Assembly (NCBI GenBank): GCA_050178385.1
Contig: JBFXGD010000019.1
Coordinates: forward strand, 1 to 36,565
DNA: 36,565 bases
Source of the DNA: Calditrichaceae bacterium
GTDB lineage: Bacteria > Calditrichota > Calditrichia > Calditrichales > JBFXGD01
Direction of reading: 5' to 3'
In this document: positions 1 to 9,534 of the stretch, in pieces
Layout: each line of letters starts with the position of its first letter
Position numbering within the stretch: the first letter of the stretch is position 1
Notes under the pieces: generated by a model
Told to the model about the DNA's origin: nothing
The model's input: the letters and a program-made list of their open reading frames with translations, nothing else
Databases searched by the model: none
Position numbers and translations under genes: made by a program

Positions 1-180
1 CCGTTCCATGGCATCCGTTCCCTGATCCGCCATATGATATGAATAGGATGAATGGTCTCCGGATGCTTCCTTGGTTGTAGAATCAAGTACAACGTTTCGC
101 AAATAGTCAATGTTTTTTGCGATCTCTACGCGTTTTTTCAAAAGCAAATCTTTGAAAAACTCTGTATTCTTTTTGTCCAT
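1..180 (-). CDS. DksA/TraR-family protein, N-terminal part (runs off window start)
   Basis: Not in the ORF track. Hand translation from ATG at 180: MDKKNTEFFKDLLLKKRVEIAKNIDYLRNVVLDSTTKEASGDHSSYSYHMADQGTDAMER. AGGAGA SD upstream. HMADxGTD coiled-coil tip and position directly after ileS are typical of FCB DksA-like proteins. Confidence 0.85.
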   Translation of the reverse strand, partial: MDKKNTEFFKDLLLKKRVEIAKNIDYLRNVVLDSTTKEASGDHSSYSYHMADQGTDAMER

Positions 181-208
181 ATTCACTTTCTCCTAATATA
201 TGGAAAGT

Positions 209-3200
209 CTAGTTTTTACTTAATCCAACTACAAAAGTTTCTTTATTAATTACGATTTCATTTCTGTATTTTGCGTTTATGGCTGAAAATTCAATCATAT
301 CAGCAAGAGTTTCATTGCAAATGTATTTTCTCTGATTTTTTATCGCTGTAGAGATTTCTTCAGAGACGGACCCGATTTCTATCTTAATATGATCGGTTAC
401 ATCAAAACTGGCGTCTTTTCTCAGATTTTGAATCCGGTTGACAAATTCTCTGGCAAGACCCTCTTCAATCAGATCTTCAGTCAGTACTGTATTTAAGGCC
501 AGCGTTAAATCCCTGTCGTTATAGGTTACATAACCTTCTTTCGAGTTTGAAAGAATCTCCACGTCTTCGGACTCTAAACGAAATTCATGTCCGTCAATCA
601 GTACATGTTCAAATCCGTTGTCCATGAAAGATTTGATCTGCGGCAGTTCAAAATTAGTGATCATTTCAGCCAGTCTGCCCATCAATTTTCCTGCTTTGGA
701 ACCAAGAGTTTTAAAATTGGGCTTCGCCTTTAAATTTACGATCGTTGAAGCATCATCTATAAAGCGCAGCTGCTTTACATTTAATTCTTCACATATAATT
801 GTCTGCATTGACATTATGTGGTCTTTTTCAGCTTTTGTCGCCGGTACAATGATTATTTCTGAAAGCGGCTGACGTACTTTAATAAGCGCTTCATTTCTTA
901 GTGATCGCGCGGCGGTAACGATATTTTGCGCAAGTTCCATCTTCTTTTCCAGGTCTGTGTCGATTGCCGAACGCATCATATCGGTAACCTCGGGATAGCT
1001 CGCATGATGTACGCTTGCCAGATTTTTATCCCTGTTAAGATTCATAAAAATTTCTTCGCTGATGAATGGCGCATAAGGCGCGATAAGTTTTGAAATTGTC
1101 ATCAAAATTTCATAAAGCGTCTGATACGCGCTGAGTTTATCTGTGCCTTCATCCGATTTCCAGAAGCGGCGTCTGTTTCTTCGAACATACCAGTTTGATA
1201 CATCATCTATCACAAAGTCCGATATTGCCCTGGCTGCCTTGGTAAGATCAAATTTAGCTATGTATTCTTCAACCTGATTTATGAGTGAATAAAGCTTCGA
1301 AATGATCCATCGGTCTATTTCCGGACGATTTTCGATATTCACCTGCGGAGCTTCAGGATCAAAATGATCAATGTTAGCATAAAGCAGGAAAAACGAGTAC
1401 GTATTTATCAGGGTGTTAAAAAATTTCCTCTGAACTTCAGCAACGCCCTCTGTATCAAACTTTTTAGGAATCCAGGGAGGCGAAACCGTCATCAAATACC
1501 AGCGGATGGGATCCGCGCCAAATTTTTGAATCATTTCTTCGGGAACAACCACATTTCCTTTTGATTTACTCATTTTTTGACCTGCTTTATCAAGAATCAA
1601 TTCATTTACAACGATATTCTTGTATGCGGGTTTATCAAAGAGCAATGTTGAAATCGCTAAAAGTGAATAAAACCAGCCTCTCGTCTGATCTATTCCTTCG
1701 CAAATAAAATCGGCCGGAAAATTCTTTTCAAATTTCTCTTTATTTTCAAACGGATAATGCCATTGAGCGATCGGCATGCTGCCTGAGTCAAACCAGCAAT
1801 CAATCACTTCCGGAACACGATGCATCTCTTTACCGCATTTATCGCATTTTATTTTAATATCATCTACATACGGTTTATGGAGATCAATCTTGTCCTTATC
1901 TTGCTCTTTCAGATTAACAGCCTTTTCAAAAAGCTCCTGAATCGATCCGATTGCCGTTTTATGTTCGCAGTCATCACATACCCAGATATTCAGGGGTGTA
2001 CCCCAGTATCTGTCTCTCGAGAGGCTCCAATCCACATTATTTTTGAGCCATTCACCAAATCGCCCTTCCCCTACTTCCTTCGGATACCAGCTGATTTTAT
2101 CGTTATTCTTCAGCAGATTTTCTTTGAATTTTGAAGTTTCTATGTACCAGGATTCACGCGCATAATATAAAAGCGGCGATTGACAGCGCCAGCAATGCGG
2201 ATAACTATGCTCTATTTTTAATTTTTTGACCAATATTCCATTGCTTCTAAGATCGCTTATAATTTTTTCGTCAGCATCCTTTACAAAAATCCCGGCATAA
2301 TCGGTCACCTCAGGAGTAAATCGTCCCTGGGCGTTGACCGGTCTCATCACCGGAAGATCGTATTTTCTTCCAAACTGATAATCATCTTCACCAAAAGCGG
2401 GAGCAATATGTACAATGCCCGTGCCGTCTTCAGTGGTGACAAAATCAGCAAGGCCAACATAAAAAGCTTTCTTTTCGACCGGAACGAAATTAAAAATCCG
2501 TTTATAATTTTTCCCTTCCAGTTCCGTGCCTTTGAATGATCTGAGAATTTTATATGATTCAGCTTCAAACAAATCGCCGATTCTTGCCTCGGCCATGATA
2601 TATTTTTCATCCGCGTGTTCCAGCAATACATAATCCACATCCGGATTCACGGCCAGAGCCACATTTGAAATCAGGGTCCATGGAGTTGTTGTCCAAACCA
2701 GAAAATATGTACCCGGCTCATCTTCAAGCTCAACCCGCACGTAGATAGAAGGATCTTTGACTTCCTTGTATCCCTGTGAGACTTCATGGCTGCTCAGGGG
2801 AGTTTCACAGCGCGGGCAGTAAGGTAAAATTTTAAATCCCTGATAAATCAGATTCTTCTTCCAAAATTCATTTAGAATCCACCAAACGGATTCGATATAA
2901 TCATTTTCAAAAGTGATATACGGATCATCCAGATCAAGCCAGTATCCGATTCTCTCTGTGAGCGAATCCCAGTCATTTTTATAATTAAAAACACTGTGGC
3001 GGCACATATTATTAAATTTTTCTACACCGTATTCTTCTATCTGCTCTTTTCCGTTAATTTTCAGCAGTTTTTCAACTTCAATTTCTACCGGCAGCCCGTG
3101 GGTATCCCATCCGGCCTTACGGTTAACATAAAAACCCTTCATTGTCTTGTGCCGGCAGACGATATCCTTTACCGTACGGGACATCACATGATGTATTCCC

Positions 3201-3361
3201 GGCCGCCCGTTCGCCGTGGGTGGACCTTCAAAGAAAACAAAACCGGGTCCGTCTTTTGTCCGCTCCAGGCTCTTTTTAAATATATTTTCCTTTTTCCAAT
3301 ACTCTAAGATTTTTTCCTCGAGTTCGGGTATGCTTACTTTGCTCGAAAATTCATTAAACAT
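209..3361 (-). CDS. ileS: Isoleucine--tRNA ligase, type 2
   Basis: EGPPTANGRPGIHH (HIGH variant), GWDTHGLPVE, WTTTPWTL, DWSLSRDRYWGTP, KMSKS; 1050 aa with IleRS2-type C-terminus (EGLAREFVNRIQNLRK). Confidence 0.97.
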   Translation of the reverse strand: MFNEFSSKVSIPELEEKILEYWKKENIFKKSLERTKDGPGFVFFEGPPTANGRPGIHHVMSRTVKDIVCRHKTMKGFYVNRKAGWDTHGLPVEIEVEKLLKINGKEQIEEYGVEKFNNMCRHSVFNYKNDWDSLTERIGYWLDLDDPYITFENDYIESVWWILNEFWKKNLIYQGFKILPYCPRCETPLSSHEVSQGYKEVKDPSIYVRVELEDEPGTYFLVWTTTPWTLISNVALAVNPDVDYVLLEHADEKYIMAEARIGDLFEAESYKILRSFKGTELEGKNYKRIFNFVPVEKKAFYVGLADFVTTEDGTGIVHIAPAFGEDDYQFGRKYDLPVMRPVNAQGRFTPEVTDYAGIFVKDADEKIISDLRSNGILVKKLKIEHSYPHCWRCQSPLLYYARESWYIETSKFKENLLKNNDKISWYPKEVGEGRFGEWLKNNVDWSLSRDRYWGTPLNIWVCDDCEHKTAIGSIQELFEKAVNLKEQDKDKIDLHKPYVDDIKIKCDKCGKEMHRVPEVIDCWFDSGSMPIAQWHYPFENKEKFEKNFPADFICEGIDQTRGWFYSLLAISTLLFDKPAYKNIVVNELILDKAGQKMSKSKGNVVVPEEMIQKFGADPIRWYLMTVSPPWIPKKFDTEGVAEVQRKFFNTLINTYSFFLLYANIDHFDPEAPQVNIENRPEIDRWIISKLYSLINQVEEYIAKFDLTKAARAISDFVIDDVSNWYVRRNRRRFWKSDEGTDKLSAYQTLYEILMTISKLIAPYAPFISEEIFMNLNRDKNLASVHHASYPEVTDMMRSAIDTDLEKKMELAQNIVTAARSLRNEALIKVRQPLSEIIIVPATKAEKDHIMSMQTIICEELNVKQLRFIDDASTIVNLKAKPNFKTLGSKAGKLMGRLAEMITNFELPQIKSFMDNGFEHVLIDGHEFRLESEDVEILSNSKEGYVTYNDRDLTLALNTVLTEDLIEEGLAREFVNRIQNLRKDASFDVTDHIKIEIGSVSEEISTAIKNQRKYICNETLADMIEFSAINAKYRNEIVINKETFVVGLSKN

Positions 3362-3419
3362 TCTTCTACCTGTATACTTTTTTCATCTCTTTTAAATTTT
3401 TAATACGGCCGGGATAAAT

Positions 3420-4262
3420 TTACTTTATCTCCAGGCGTTTGACTACTTCTTTCATCAGAAATGTTAATTTTGGTTCCGCTCCATTAGCGGCTTTTATTAT
3501 TTCCTGAAGATCAACCGGCTGCAGAGAATCCGGAAAACATTCATCTGTAATTACTGAAATGCCAAGAACATCCATCCCCATCTGAACGGCTACAATATCT
3601 TCCGGAACGGTTGACATACCGACCACATCAGCGCCAATGGCTCTAAGAAACCGGTACTCCGCGCGGGTTTCAAGATTAGGCCCGGTAACTGCCACATAGA
3701 CACCTTTCTGGAGCTTCATTTTATTCTCAAGGGCAATAGTTTCCGCAAGAGAAATGAGCTTTTTTGAATAGGGCTCAGACATATCCGGAAATCTCGGCCC
3801 GAATTCATCCATATTCGGTCCCACCAGCGGATTTGTTCCTAACAGATTGATGTGATCATCCATAAGCATCAAATCTTCTTTAAGGTATTGCGGATTCATT
3901 CCGCCACAGGCATTCGAAATCAGCAGTGTTCTAATACCCAATTTATACATCACCCGGACAGGGAACGTGATTTGCGTCATAGAGTAACCTTCGTAATAGT
4001 GAAAGCGCCCCTGCATAGCCATAATCCGCTTGCCTCCGAGATTCCCGAGGATCAGCTTACCTTCATGACTCTCAACGGTTGAAACCGGAAAATGAGGAAT
4101 ATCATGATAAGGAATCTCATCTTTTATATCTATCTCCTTGACCAATCCGCCAAGACCGGTTCCTAAAATAATTCCGATTTGCGGAGAATCATTATCTCTT
4201 TTTTTAATAAAGGATACCGCTTCGGCAATCTGCTTGCGATATATATCAATATCAAATTCCAT
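3420..4262 (-). CDS. punA: Purine nucleoside phosphorylase (trimeric PNP family)
   Basis: [41 protein letters not shown]. Start moved to ATG 4262 (MEFDID), just after the upstream gene's stop and behind an AAGGA SD. Confidence 0.93.
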   Translation of the reverse strand: MEFDIDIYRKQIAEAVSFIKKRDNDSPQIGIILGTGLGGLVKEIDIKDEIPYHDIPHFPVSTVESHEGKLILGNLGGKRIMAMQGRFHYYEGYSMTQITFPVRVMYKLGIRTLLISNACGGMNPQYLKEDLMLMDDHINLLGTNPLVGPNMDEFGPRFPDMSEPYSKKLISLAETIALENKMKLQKGVYVAVTGPNLETRAEYRFLRAIGADVVGMSTVPEDIVAVQMGMDVLGISVITDECFPDSLQPVDLQEIIKAANGAEPKLTFLMKEVVKRLEIK

Positions 4263-4263
4263 C

Positions 4264-4905
4264 TTACTCTTTTCCTTTTTCTTCAAGTCTTTTTAAAAGC
4301 TCTTCCTTTTCCTTCTGCTGCTCTTCTAATTTCCTTTTTTCATCATCAATCTGTCGCGCTTTTTTTTCTTTGCTTATCTCATATCGAAATTTTTGGACTT
4401 CATACACAGCGTCTTCGAATGCTCTTTTTGATCCAAGCCGACCGAAATAATAAGCTCCCGCGATTCCAAATACACCCATCGGAATGGGCATCTTTATATC
4501 AACGTCAGAGGCAATTAGCGAGATACCCACTCCTGTTCCCAGCGCTGTTCCAAGAATAAATCCACCGGCGGCATAGGAAAAAATCCGGCCGGACCGTTTA
4601 TATTCCTTAACCGTTGCTACCGGTATCGCATAAGCTTCAAAATCATATATCTGATCGGATTTTTCAATTTTTCTGATCTTGTCATATCCCAGCGTTTCTT
4701 TACTATGGGATTTTGAATCAACATATATAAGTAGGCTGCCGTCACGCTTTAGAATGATGCCTTCCTTTACTGTGCCGTCCTGTAGCGATATAATTACAGA
4801 TGTCAGAGATTTTGGATTTTCGCGATTGACACTCCTGCTTCCTGTACATCCCGTTAAAACAATTATAATTATGACGCTAAACATGCAGATTATCAGCTTT
4901 TTCAT
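4264..4905 (-). CDS. Hypothetical lipoprotein with glycine-rich hydrophobic segments and C-terminal coiled coil
   Basis: Signal peptide ending LTGC; small beta-rich N-domain (LQDGTVKEG); [16 protein letters not shown] and [12 protein letters not shown] segments; charged tail; tightly packed between divIVA-like and pnp. Confidence 0.75.
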   Translation of the reverse strand: MKKLIICMFSVIIIIVLTGCTGSRSVNRENPKSLTSVIISLQDGTVKEGIILKRDGSLLIYVDSKSHSKETLGYDKIRKIEKSDQIYDFEAYAIPVATVKEYKRSGRIFSYAAGGFILGTALGTGVGISLIASDVDIKMPIPMGVFGIAGAYYFGRLGSKRAFEDAVYEVQKFRYEISKEKKARQIDDEKRKLEEQQKEKEELLKRLEEKGKE

Positions 4906-4913
4906 AACCGTCC

Positions 4914-5615
4914 CTATTTTAAAAACTCATCGATATCAATATTATCGCCGAATATATCTTTAAAAAAATCTCCACCCTTTTCTTTTTTCCCTTTATCTTT
5001 CTCCGGATTTTCTGTTTTTTTCGGCTCAGGTTCCGTCGCCGCAGGCGGATTATTTTTGGGCTTTTCAGTGCTAACCGGAGGCGCGGTTTTCTCCTTTTCC
5101 TGAATCGGAGGCGCCGTTTTTCTTGATTTATCTTTTAGCTTTGAACGGTCAAGATCATCCAGTTCCAGAACTTCAAGAAGCTCTATCTCTGAAGACAGCA
5201 GATGCCGCAACCGTGATATTAGCGATCCCTTCTGATTCTTAAGCTGGATAATTTCATCCCGCATCTTGTTTACTTCTATGCGCGCGGATTCAATCATTTG
5301 TGACGCCGCGAGTTCAGCTTCTTTTTTCACGAGGCTCGCTTCTTTTTGAGAATTCTCTTTTGACTGTTGTGTCGTTTCCTGAACATTATACAGCGTCTGT
5401 TTAAGAGTTTTTTCAACTTCTTTAAAATTCTTTAATTCCATTTCAAGTGAAGTGATTTGTTTGCCAAGACGTTCATTCTCGTGCAAAACGGCTTCATATT
5501 CATTCGCCACCAATTCCAGAAAGGTCTCCACTTCAACAGTATCGTAGCCTCTTAAGCCTTTTTTAAATTCCTGTTTGCGGATTTCAATTGGTGTTAACTT
5601 CAATTTGCCTCCCAT
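4914..5615 (-). CDS. DivIVA-domain protein
   Basis: LTPIEIRKQEFKKGLRGYDTVEVETFL DivIVA signature, long coiled coil, Pro/Lys/Glu-rich tail. True start may be TTG at 5603, behind GGGAGG. Confidence 0.9.
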   Translation of the reverse strand: MGGKLKLTPIEIRKQEFKKGLRGYDTVEVETFLELVANEYEAVLHENERLGKQITSLEMELKNFKEVEKTLKQTLYNVQETTQQSKENSQKEASLVKKEAELAASQMIESARIEVNKMRDEIIQLKNQKGSLISRLRHLLSSEIELLEVLELDDLDRSKLKDKSRKTAPPIQEKEKTAPPVSTEKPKNNPPAATEPEPKKTENPEKDKGKKEKGGDFFKDIFGDNIDIDEFLK

Positions 5616-5736
5616 CGGACCTGTGGGTGATATCTATTGCTAAACGTAGGCTGCCGGTTTTTGTAATCTTTGAGTTATGCAGAAAAATCAGTTACTGATA
5701 TTCTGTACGCAAAACTCTCTTTGGGCCTACTCCGAA

Positions 5737-5764
5737 ATCATGTTAAAACTATTAATGGTGTCAA
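5737..5764 (-). promoter_or_regulatory. Putative sigma70 promoter for the divIVA-ileS operon
   Basis: TTGACA (5764-5759), 16-nt spacer, CATGAT (5742-5737). The -10 is imperfect. Confidence 0.4.
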
Positions 5765-5914
5765 CAGATTTCCAAAGCAATTTTAAATTTTAAATAAGTC
5801 AGAAAATTACATAATACTCGTCAATTATGCAACTGCCTTAGGAATGTACTTATATAAATTTACACGTCTTAAAATTTGATGATAAAATGCGGTTAAAATG
5901 ACCTTAAACAAGTA

Positions 5915-6214
5915 TCATTCCTGGAATCCTATATTTTTCGTTTTTGGATCCATTACATGCATTTTAATTTCCCCAAATTGGGATTCGAACTTTTTTATAT
6001 TTTCTTCCAGCGCGCGCACCAGAGATTTTGCATGCTGAGGAGCCATTATGATACGCGAATAAACCTTGGCTTTTGGCTTTCCCGGTACTATCCTTGTAAA
6101 ATCGAAGATAAATTCCGCGGGAGAATGAGTTATTACAACGAGATTGCTATAGATTCCTTCAGCTTCTGAATCACCTAGTTCAATATTAATCTGTTTTTCC
6201 TGAGTAGCAGACAT
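5915..6214 (-). CDS. DUF3467 family protein
   Basis: QINIEL...AEGIYSNLVVITHSPAEFIFDF...SRIIMAPQHAK...FGEI matches this family as I recall it; GGGAGA SD. Confidence 0.85.
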   Translation of the reverse strand: MSATQEKQINIELGDSEAEGIYSNLVVITHSPAEFIFDFTRIVPGKPKAKVYSRIIMAPQHAKSLVRALEENIKKFESQFGEIKMHVMDPKTKNIGFQE

Positions 6215-6294
6215 TTTTCTCCCTTCAAGGTTTTAGTTCTTTATTCATTTAGGAATTATGATTACATTCCATCTGAAAAGATTAATAATTCTAA

Positions 6295-6323
6295 AATTTA
6301 TATAAATTGAAAATTTATGTCAA
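6295..6323 (-). promoter_or_regulatory. Putative sigma70 promoter for the DUF3467 gene
   Basis: TTGACA-17-TAAATT on the minus strand. Confidence 0.5.
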
Positions 6324-6341
6324 GCGAAGGTCCTGAACCGG

Positions 6342-8147
6342 ATGGGTAAAATTTCTGAAGATAAAATAGATGAAATCCGAACTTCAATTAATATTGTACA
6401 CTACATATCACAATTTGTCAATCTGAAAAAGACCGGTGTAAATCATAAAGGCCTATGTCCGTTTCATCAGGAAAAAACACCATCATTTACCGTTAATCCG
6501 GAAAAACAGATCTTTCATTGTTTCGGCTGTGGTAAAGGGGGAAATATCTACACCTTTATCATGGATTATGAGAAACTAAACTTTCCGGACGCCATAAGGA
6601 AAGCAGCCGATTTCGCGGGAATTTCAATGCCGGCTGATGAATATGACAAGGAAGAAACCACCGTATTTCAACAGCTTTTTCTGATCAACCGGATCGCATC
6701 GGAATACTTCATCAATAAACTCAACTCCCCTGCTAATAAAAATATACTGAACTATTTCCTAAACCGTAAAATCTCACCGGAAACCATCCGGGAGTTCGGT
6801 CTTGGTTACGCGCCAGACTCATATAATCAGACTCTTAATGAACTCAAAAAAAATAAACTTGATCTAAAGCAGGCGTCAGAATTAGGCCTTATTCAGAAAA
6901 AAGATTCGGGCAATGACTACTATGATAAATTTCGTCACCGGATCATGTTTCCATTTTACAATTTAAGCGGAAAAATCATCGGTTTTGGCGGTAGAAAACT
7001 TAAAGAGGAACAACAGCCAAAATATCTCAATAGTCCTGAGAGCCCTATTTATAAAAAGAGTGAGCTTCTTTACGGATTACATCAGGCAATAAACAGTATC
7101 CGGCAAAATGGATTTGTTATACTTGTAGAGGGCTATTTTGATCTGTTAAGGCTGGTCGATTCCGGTATAAAAAACGTGGTCGCAAGCAGCGGAACAGCTT
7201 TAGCGCCCCAACAGGCAAAATTAATTCGTCGCTACTGCCGGGAAGTTTATATCGCATATGACGGTGATGATGCCGGTGTAAAGGCGGCCATCAGAAACGC
7301 GAACATCATTGAGACCGAGGATCTGAATTCGTACATTATCCCCCTGCCTAAATCAGATGATCCGGATACTTTTATTCTAAAATACGGACAGAAAGAATTT
7401 GAAAATTTATTAAAAAAGAAAACCCTTCCCATCGAGTTTCAGATAAATTCATTTTTCACCGCCAATCCTGATCCATCTCTTGAACAAAAAGACATATTTA
7501 TTCAATCAGTTTTGCAAAATTTGAGTGTAATCACCAATCAGATAAAGGTTGGCTTATATCTGCATCAGATTTCCGACAGGCTTGATATTAATGAAAATTT
7601 ACTTGTTGGTCAGCTCAACAGATTGAAACGCGAAGGACAAAAATATAAAAAGGAAGAGTCCTCCCCGGTTCCCAAAAAGAAGACTCTCGTCAGAAGAGGC
7701 ATCTATAAAGCTGAAGAAGGCCTGATCGGGCTTCTTTTGACCGGTTCAGATGATTCAAAAAATTTTATTATTGCGCAATCAACGCGTGAAATGTTCGAAA
7801 ATGACGAATTCATCATGCTTTTTGATCATATTATGAATGAATTGGAAGAACATGGAACCATTGATATCACTAAATTGCTTGATTCAATCGATGATGATGA
7901 AGAAACACGCGAACTGACATCCCGGCTTGTTGTAAGTGAATGGGCGGACAGTCCTAAATTTATTGCCGACTGCCTCTATCAGTTGAAAAAATGGCAGCTG
8001 GAGAAAAAAGCCGCTGAATTAAGCACTTTGATTAAAGTCGAGGCAAATTCTGACGAATCAGTGTTACACTACACAAAAGAACTGACAATGGTGCGAAAAG
8101 AGATCGCTTTACTGGAGAATCAGCGTAAGTTAGCTTCTAAATTTTAG
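6342..8147 (+). CDS. dnaG: DNA primase
   Basis: CPFHQEKTPSF...CFGC zinc finger, KYLNSPES, TOPRIM motifs VEGYFD and YDGDDAG, DPD. Confidence 0.97.
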   Translation: MGKISEDKIDEIRTSINIVHYISQFVNLKKTGVNHKGLCPFHQEKTPSFTVNPEKQIFHCFGCGKGGNIYTFIMDYEKLNFPDAIRKAADFAGISMPADEYDKEETTVFQQLFLINRIASEYFINKLNSPANKNILNYFLNRKISPETIREFGLGYAPDSYNQTLNELKKNKLDLKQASELGLIQKKDSGNDYYDKFRHRIMFPFYNLSGKIIGFGGRKLKEEQQPKYLNSPESPIYKKSELLYGLHQAINSIRQNGFVILVEGYFDLLRLVDSGIKNVVASSGTALAPQQAKLIRRYCREVYIAYDGDDAGVKAAIRNANIIETEDLNSYIIPLPKSDDPDTFILKYGQKEFENLLKKKTLPIEFQINSFFTANPDPSLEQKDIFIQSVLQNLSVITNQIKVGLYLHQISDRLDINENLLVGQLNRLKREGQKYKKEESSPVPKKKTLVRRGIYKAEEGLIGLLLTGSDDSKNFIIAQSTREMFENDEFIMLFDHIMNELEEHGTIDITKLLDSIDDDEETRELTSRLVVSEWADSPKFIADCLYQLKKWQLEKKAAELSTLIKVEANSDESVLHYTKELTMVRKEIALLENQRKLASKF

Positions 8148-8163
8148 TGTGAGACGTGTCACA
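8148..8163. promoter_or_regulatory. CRP-family binding site
   Basis: TGTGA-gacgtg-TCACA, an exact match to the CRP core consensus, in intergenic DNA. Confidence 0.75.
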
Positions 8164-8184
8164 ACAATTTTGAACTTATGGCTC

Positions 8185-8190
8185 TATAAT
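8185..8190 (+). promoter_or_regulatory. -10 element of a putative class II CRP-activated promoter
   Basis: Perfect TATAAT. If it occupies -12..-7, the CRP box is centred at -41.5. No consensus -35 at 17 nt. Confidence 0.65.
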
Positions 8191-8281
8191 GTATGAATAA
8201 AAGTTACGATTTGAGGTATCTCTTTTTAATTCATTGTTACTCAGTGATTCTGAACTAAATGCATCCGGGAGAATCATTTTG

Positions 8282-8641
8282 ATGACCGATATATTAATAA
8301 TTGACGACAGTGAAATTCAAATTAAAAATATTGTTCGTCTTTTTACATCATCCGGCATTACTTCCCGCGCTTTAAGTGATCCAACAGCCGCGATAAATTC
8401 AATTATAAATGATCCCCCGAAAGTCATTATTCTGGATATCATGATGCCCGGAATAGATGGATTGACTTTGTTAAGAAAAATAAAAGAGATACCGGAGATT
8501 TCCGGGATTCCCGTTATCATGCTGTCAGGAAAGAATTTTCCGCCCGAGAAAAAAAAGGCTATCGGATTGGGCGCTGAAACTTATCTTACAAAACCCGTAA
8601 AGAATGAAACCTTAATAAATGAAGTAAGCACCTTTTTATAG
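8282..8641 (+). CDS. Single-domain response regulator (receiver)
   Basis: ILIIDD, ILDIMMPGIDG (phospho-Asp), MLSG, YLTKP. Start moved to ATG 8282, behind GGGAGA. Confidence 0.92.
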   Translation: MTDILIIDDSEIQIKNIVRLFTSSGITSRALSDPTAAINSIINDPPKVIILDIMMPGIDGLTLLRKIKEIPEISGIPVIMLSGKNFPPEKKKAIGLGAETYLTKPVKNETLINEVSTFL

Positions 8642-8651
8642 AGGTTTTTTA

Positions 8652-9533
8652 ATGACCACATTAAAATTTTGGGGAGTACGGGGTTCAATCCCGACACCTG
8701 GTCCGGATACGGTCAGATATGGCGGAAATACCGCCTGTATAGAATTAAGGCATGGAAACAAGTTAGTGATACTTGATGGGGGCTCCGGTCTGCGCGCCCT
8801 TGGAAATGAACTCATAAAATCAAATTCAAGTATCAATGCAAATATATTTATTAGTCACATGCATTGGGATCATATTCAGGGGATACCATTCTTCACGCCG
8901 GCATATATACCCGGCAATCATTTTGTGTTATACGGGGCAGAGGACTCTGACAAGAGTCTGGCTGATATTATTTCCGGACAAATGGATCCAACTTATTTTC
9001 CGATTGAACTAAGTGAAATGGGCGCAAAGTTGGAATTTCAACGTTTGTACGAAGGTAATTACACAATAGACGGGATAAAAATTCAGACCATTTACGTCAA
9101 TCATCCCGGTAACGCGCTGGGTTATAAATTTACTTTTGGACCAAATAAAATTGTCTATATCAGTGATAATGAACCATTGCCGGAGTTTAGTCACAATGAA
9201 TCAACCGATCAGGATGCAGATTCCTTTATTGCCGATGACGGAAAAGACAAACTGATTAAGTTTATAAAAAACGCGTCTATTCTGATCCATGACGCGCAAT
9301 ACACACCGGATGAGTACAGTAAACATATGACATGGGGGCATTCCCCATATGATTATACGGTAAAACTAGCCATTGAGGCGGGTGTCAAAAAATTAATTCT
9401 GTTCCATCATGATCCGCTGCACAATGATGATTTTATTGATGATATGCTGATGAACGCCAAAAAACTTGCATCCGAACTGAAAGCTGATATTGAAATATCG
9501 GCAGCGCGGGAAGGGATGACCGTCAGTTGCTAG
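8652..9533 (+). CDS. Metallo-beta-lactamase-fold hydrolase (RNase Z-like / cyclic-nucleotide phosphodiesterase-like)
   Basis: FWGVRGSIP...YGGNTAC, DGGSG, SHMHWDH, NHPG, SDNE, HDAQY, WGHS, FHHDP; GAGG SD. Confidence 0.9.
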   Translation: MTTLKFWGVRGSIPTPGPDTVRYGGNTACIELRHGNKLVILDGGSGLRALGNELIKSNSSINANIFISHMHWDHIQGIPFFTPAYIPGNHFVLYGAEDSDKSLADIISGQMDPTYFPIELSEMGAKLEFQRLYEGNYTIDGIKIQTIYVNHPGNALGYKFTFGPNKIVYISDNEPLPEFSHNESTDQDADSFIADDGKDKLIKFIKNASILIHDAQYTPDEYSKHMTWGHSPYDYTVKLAIEAGVKKLILFHHDPLHNDDFIDDMLMNAKKLASELKADIEISAAREGMTVSC

Positions 9534-9534
9534 A

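Noticed and set aside
52..249. 65-aa plus-strand ORF
   Set aside because: Antisense shadow of the DksA-like gene and the ileS 3' end; no recognisable motif.
3362..3419. Possible T-box before ileS
   Set aside because: Only 58 nt and no GGTGGNACCGCG-like T-box sequence here or in the 5616-5760 leader.
4960..5130. Repeated KTAPP / Pro-Lys-Glu-rich stretch in the DivIVA tail
   Set aside because: Two short peptide repeats in a low-complexity linker; not a DNA repeat array.
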